IMG/VR virus record: IMGVR_UViG_3300044611_002466
Span: 124,231 to 188,230 of that record
Length of the DNA: 64,000 nt
Strand: one strand, 5' to 3'
Origin: a virus
Part shown: positions 63,820 through 64,000 of the stretch, piece by piece
Layout of the letters: each line of letters begins with the position of its first letter
How positions within the stretch are numbered: the first letter of the stretch is position 1
Program-made: the position numbers and the translations under genes
Notes under the pieces: generated by a model
Seen by the model: the letters and a program-made list of their open reading frames with translations, nothing else
The model's database searches: none
Told to the model about the DNA's origin: nothing

Positions 63820-63828
63820 CTTATGACG
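63820..63828 (-). promoter_or_regulatory. putative -10 element CGTCATAAG upstream of polA
   Basis: 18 nt upstream of the ATG at 63802, before the GGAGG RBS. Confidence 0.55.
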
Positions 63829-63844
63829 TAGCTTGCGGGCAACA

Positions 63845-63878
63845 CGAGCCGCCGACGCCCGAAGGCGTCGGCGGCTCG
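63845..63878 (-). terminator. 15-bp perfect hairpin with C(UUCG)G loop, weak U-tract
   Basis: CGAGCCGCCGACGCC and GGCGTCGGCGGCTCG between the upstream stop and the polA promoter motif. Confidence 0.7.
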
Positions 63879-63889
63879 CTGGGTCCTAC

Positions 63890-64000
63890 CTACACGCGCC
63901 GGCGCCGGCGCTGATTGTCCTCCGGCTCCTCGCGCCGACCGCCGCGGCCCGACCCGCGGGACGGGGGATCATCGTCCTCGTCATCATCGTCACGACGAGC
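63890..64000 (-). CDS. C-terminal end of an upstream gene with acidic and Arg/Gly-rich tail (possibly an SSB)
   Basis: ...ARRDDDDEDDDPPSRGSGRGGRREEPEDNQRRRRRV*; 5' part outside the window. Confidence 0.55.
   Translation of the reverse strand, partial: ARRDDDDEDDDPPSRGSGRGGRREEPEDNQRRRRRV

Noticed and set aside
17000-63826. Long antisense or alternate-frame ORFs in the track (for example 16973-18559 +, 35470-38034 -, 40473-42239 -, 48347-51985 -, 61082-63826 +)
   Set aside because: Shadow ORFs expected in GC-rich DNA opposite well-supported genes; biased composition and no motifs. Only the last 72 codons of 16973-18559 look real
1-64000. Stop-codon reassignment, as seen in some large phages
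   Set aside because: TAG, TGA and TAA all terminate well-formed genes with tight overlaps, and coding density is high under code 11

Overview
A 64 kb segment of a large, GC-rich (roughly two-thirds G+C by eye) tailed dsDNA phage genome with a contractile-type baseplate, in standard genetic code. No host genes, tRNAs, CRISPR array, integrase, capsid, portal or terminase were recognised in the window. There are five strand blocks. (1) 1-2783 minus: small single-gene cassettes. (2) 2898-12885 plus: glycosyltransferase-like protein, Zn ribbons, a probable tail chaperone pair with a -1 slippery site, GroES, an RHH protein and probable head proteins. (3) 12927-19373 mostly minus: SspB-like adaptor, WGR-domain DNA ligase and hypotheticals. 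(4) 19439-53824 plus: tape measure, hub with an M15 peptidase domain, a sigma-28-like factor and very large baseplate/fibre proteins. (5) 53937-64000 minus: RusA, UvsY-like, Cas4-like nuclease, Hjc-like resolvase, RecA, HU, MazG, DUF3310 and family A DNA polymerase. The most interesting signal is a set of linked observations. A FliA-like sigma factor sits among virion genes and carries an N-terminal extension with a K-x-A motif. The same motif separates the domains of an apparent head polyprotein and follows the N-termini of glycine-zipper proteins. A sigma-28-like promoter motif (AA-rich -35, (C/G)GTCATAAG) lies upstream of the minus-strand accessory and replication genes. Together these suggest, as inference only, a proteolytically matured and possibly virion-delivered sigma factor. 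All family assignments come from motif recognition by eye; no database searches were run.
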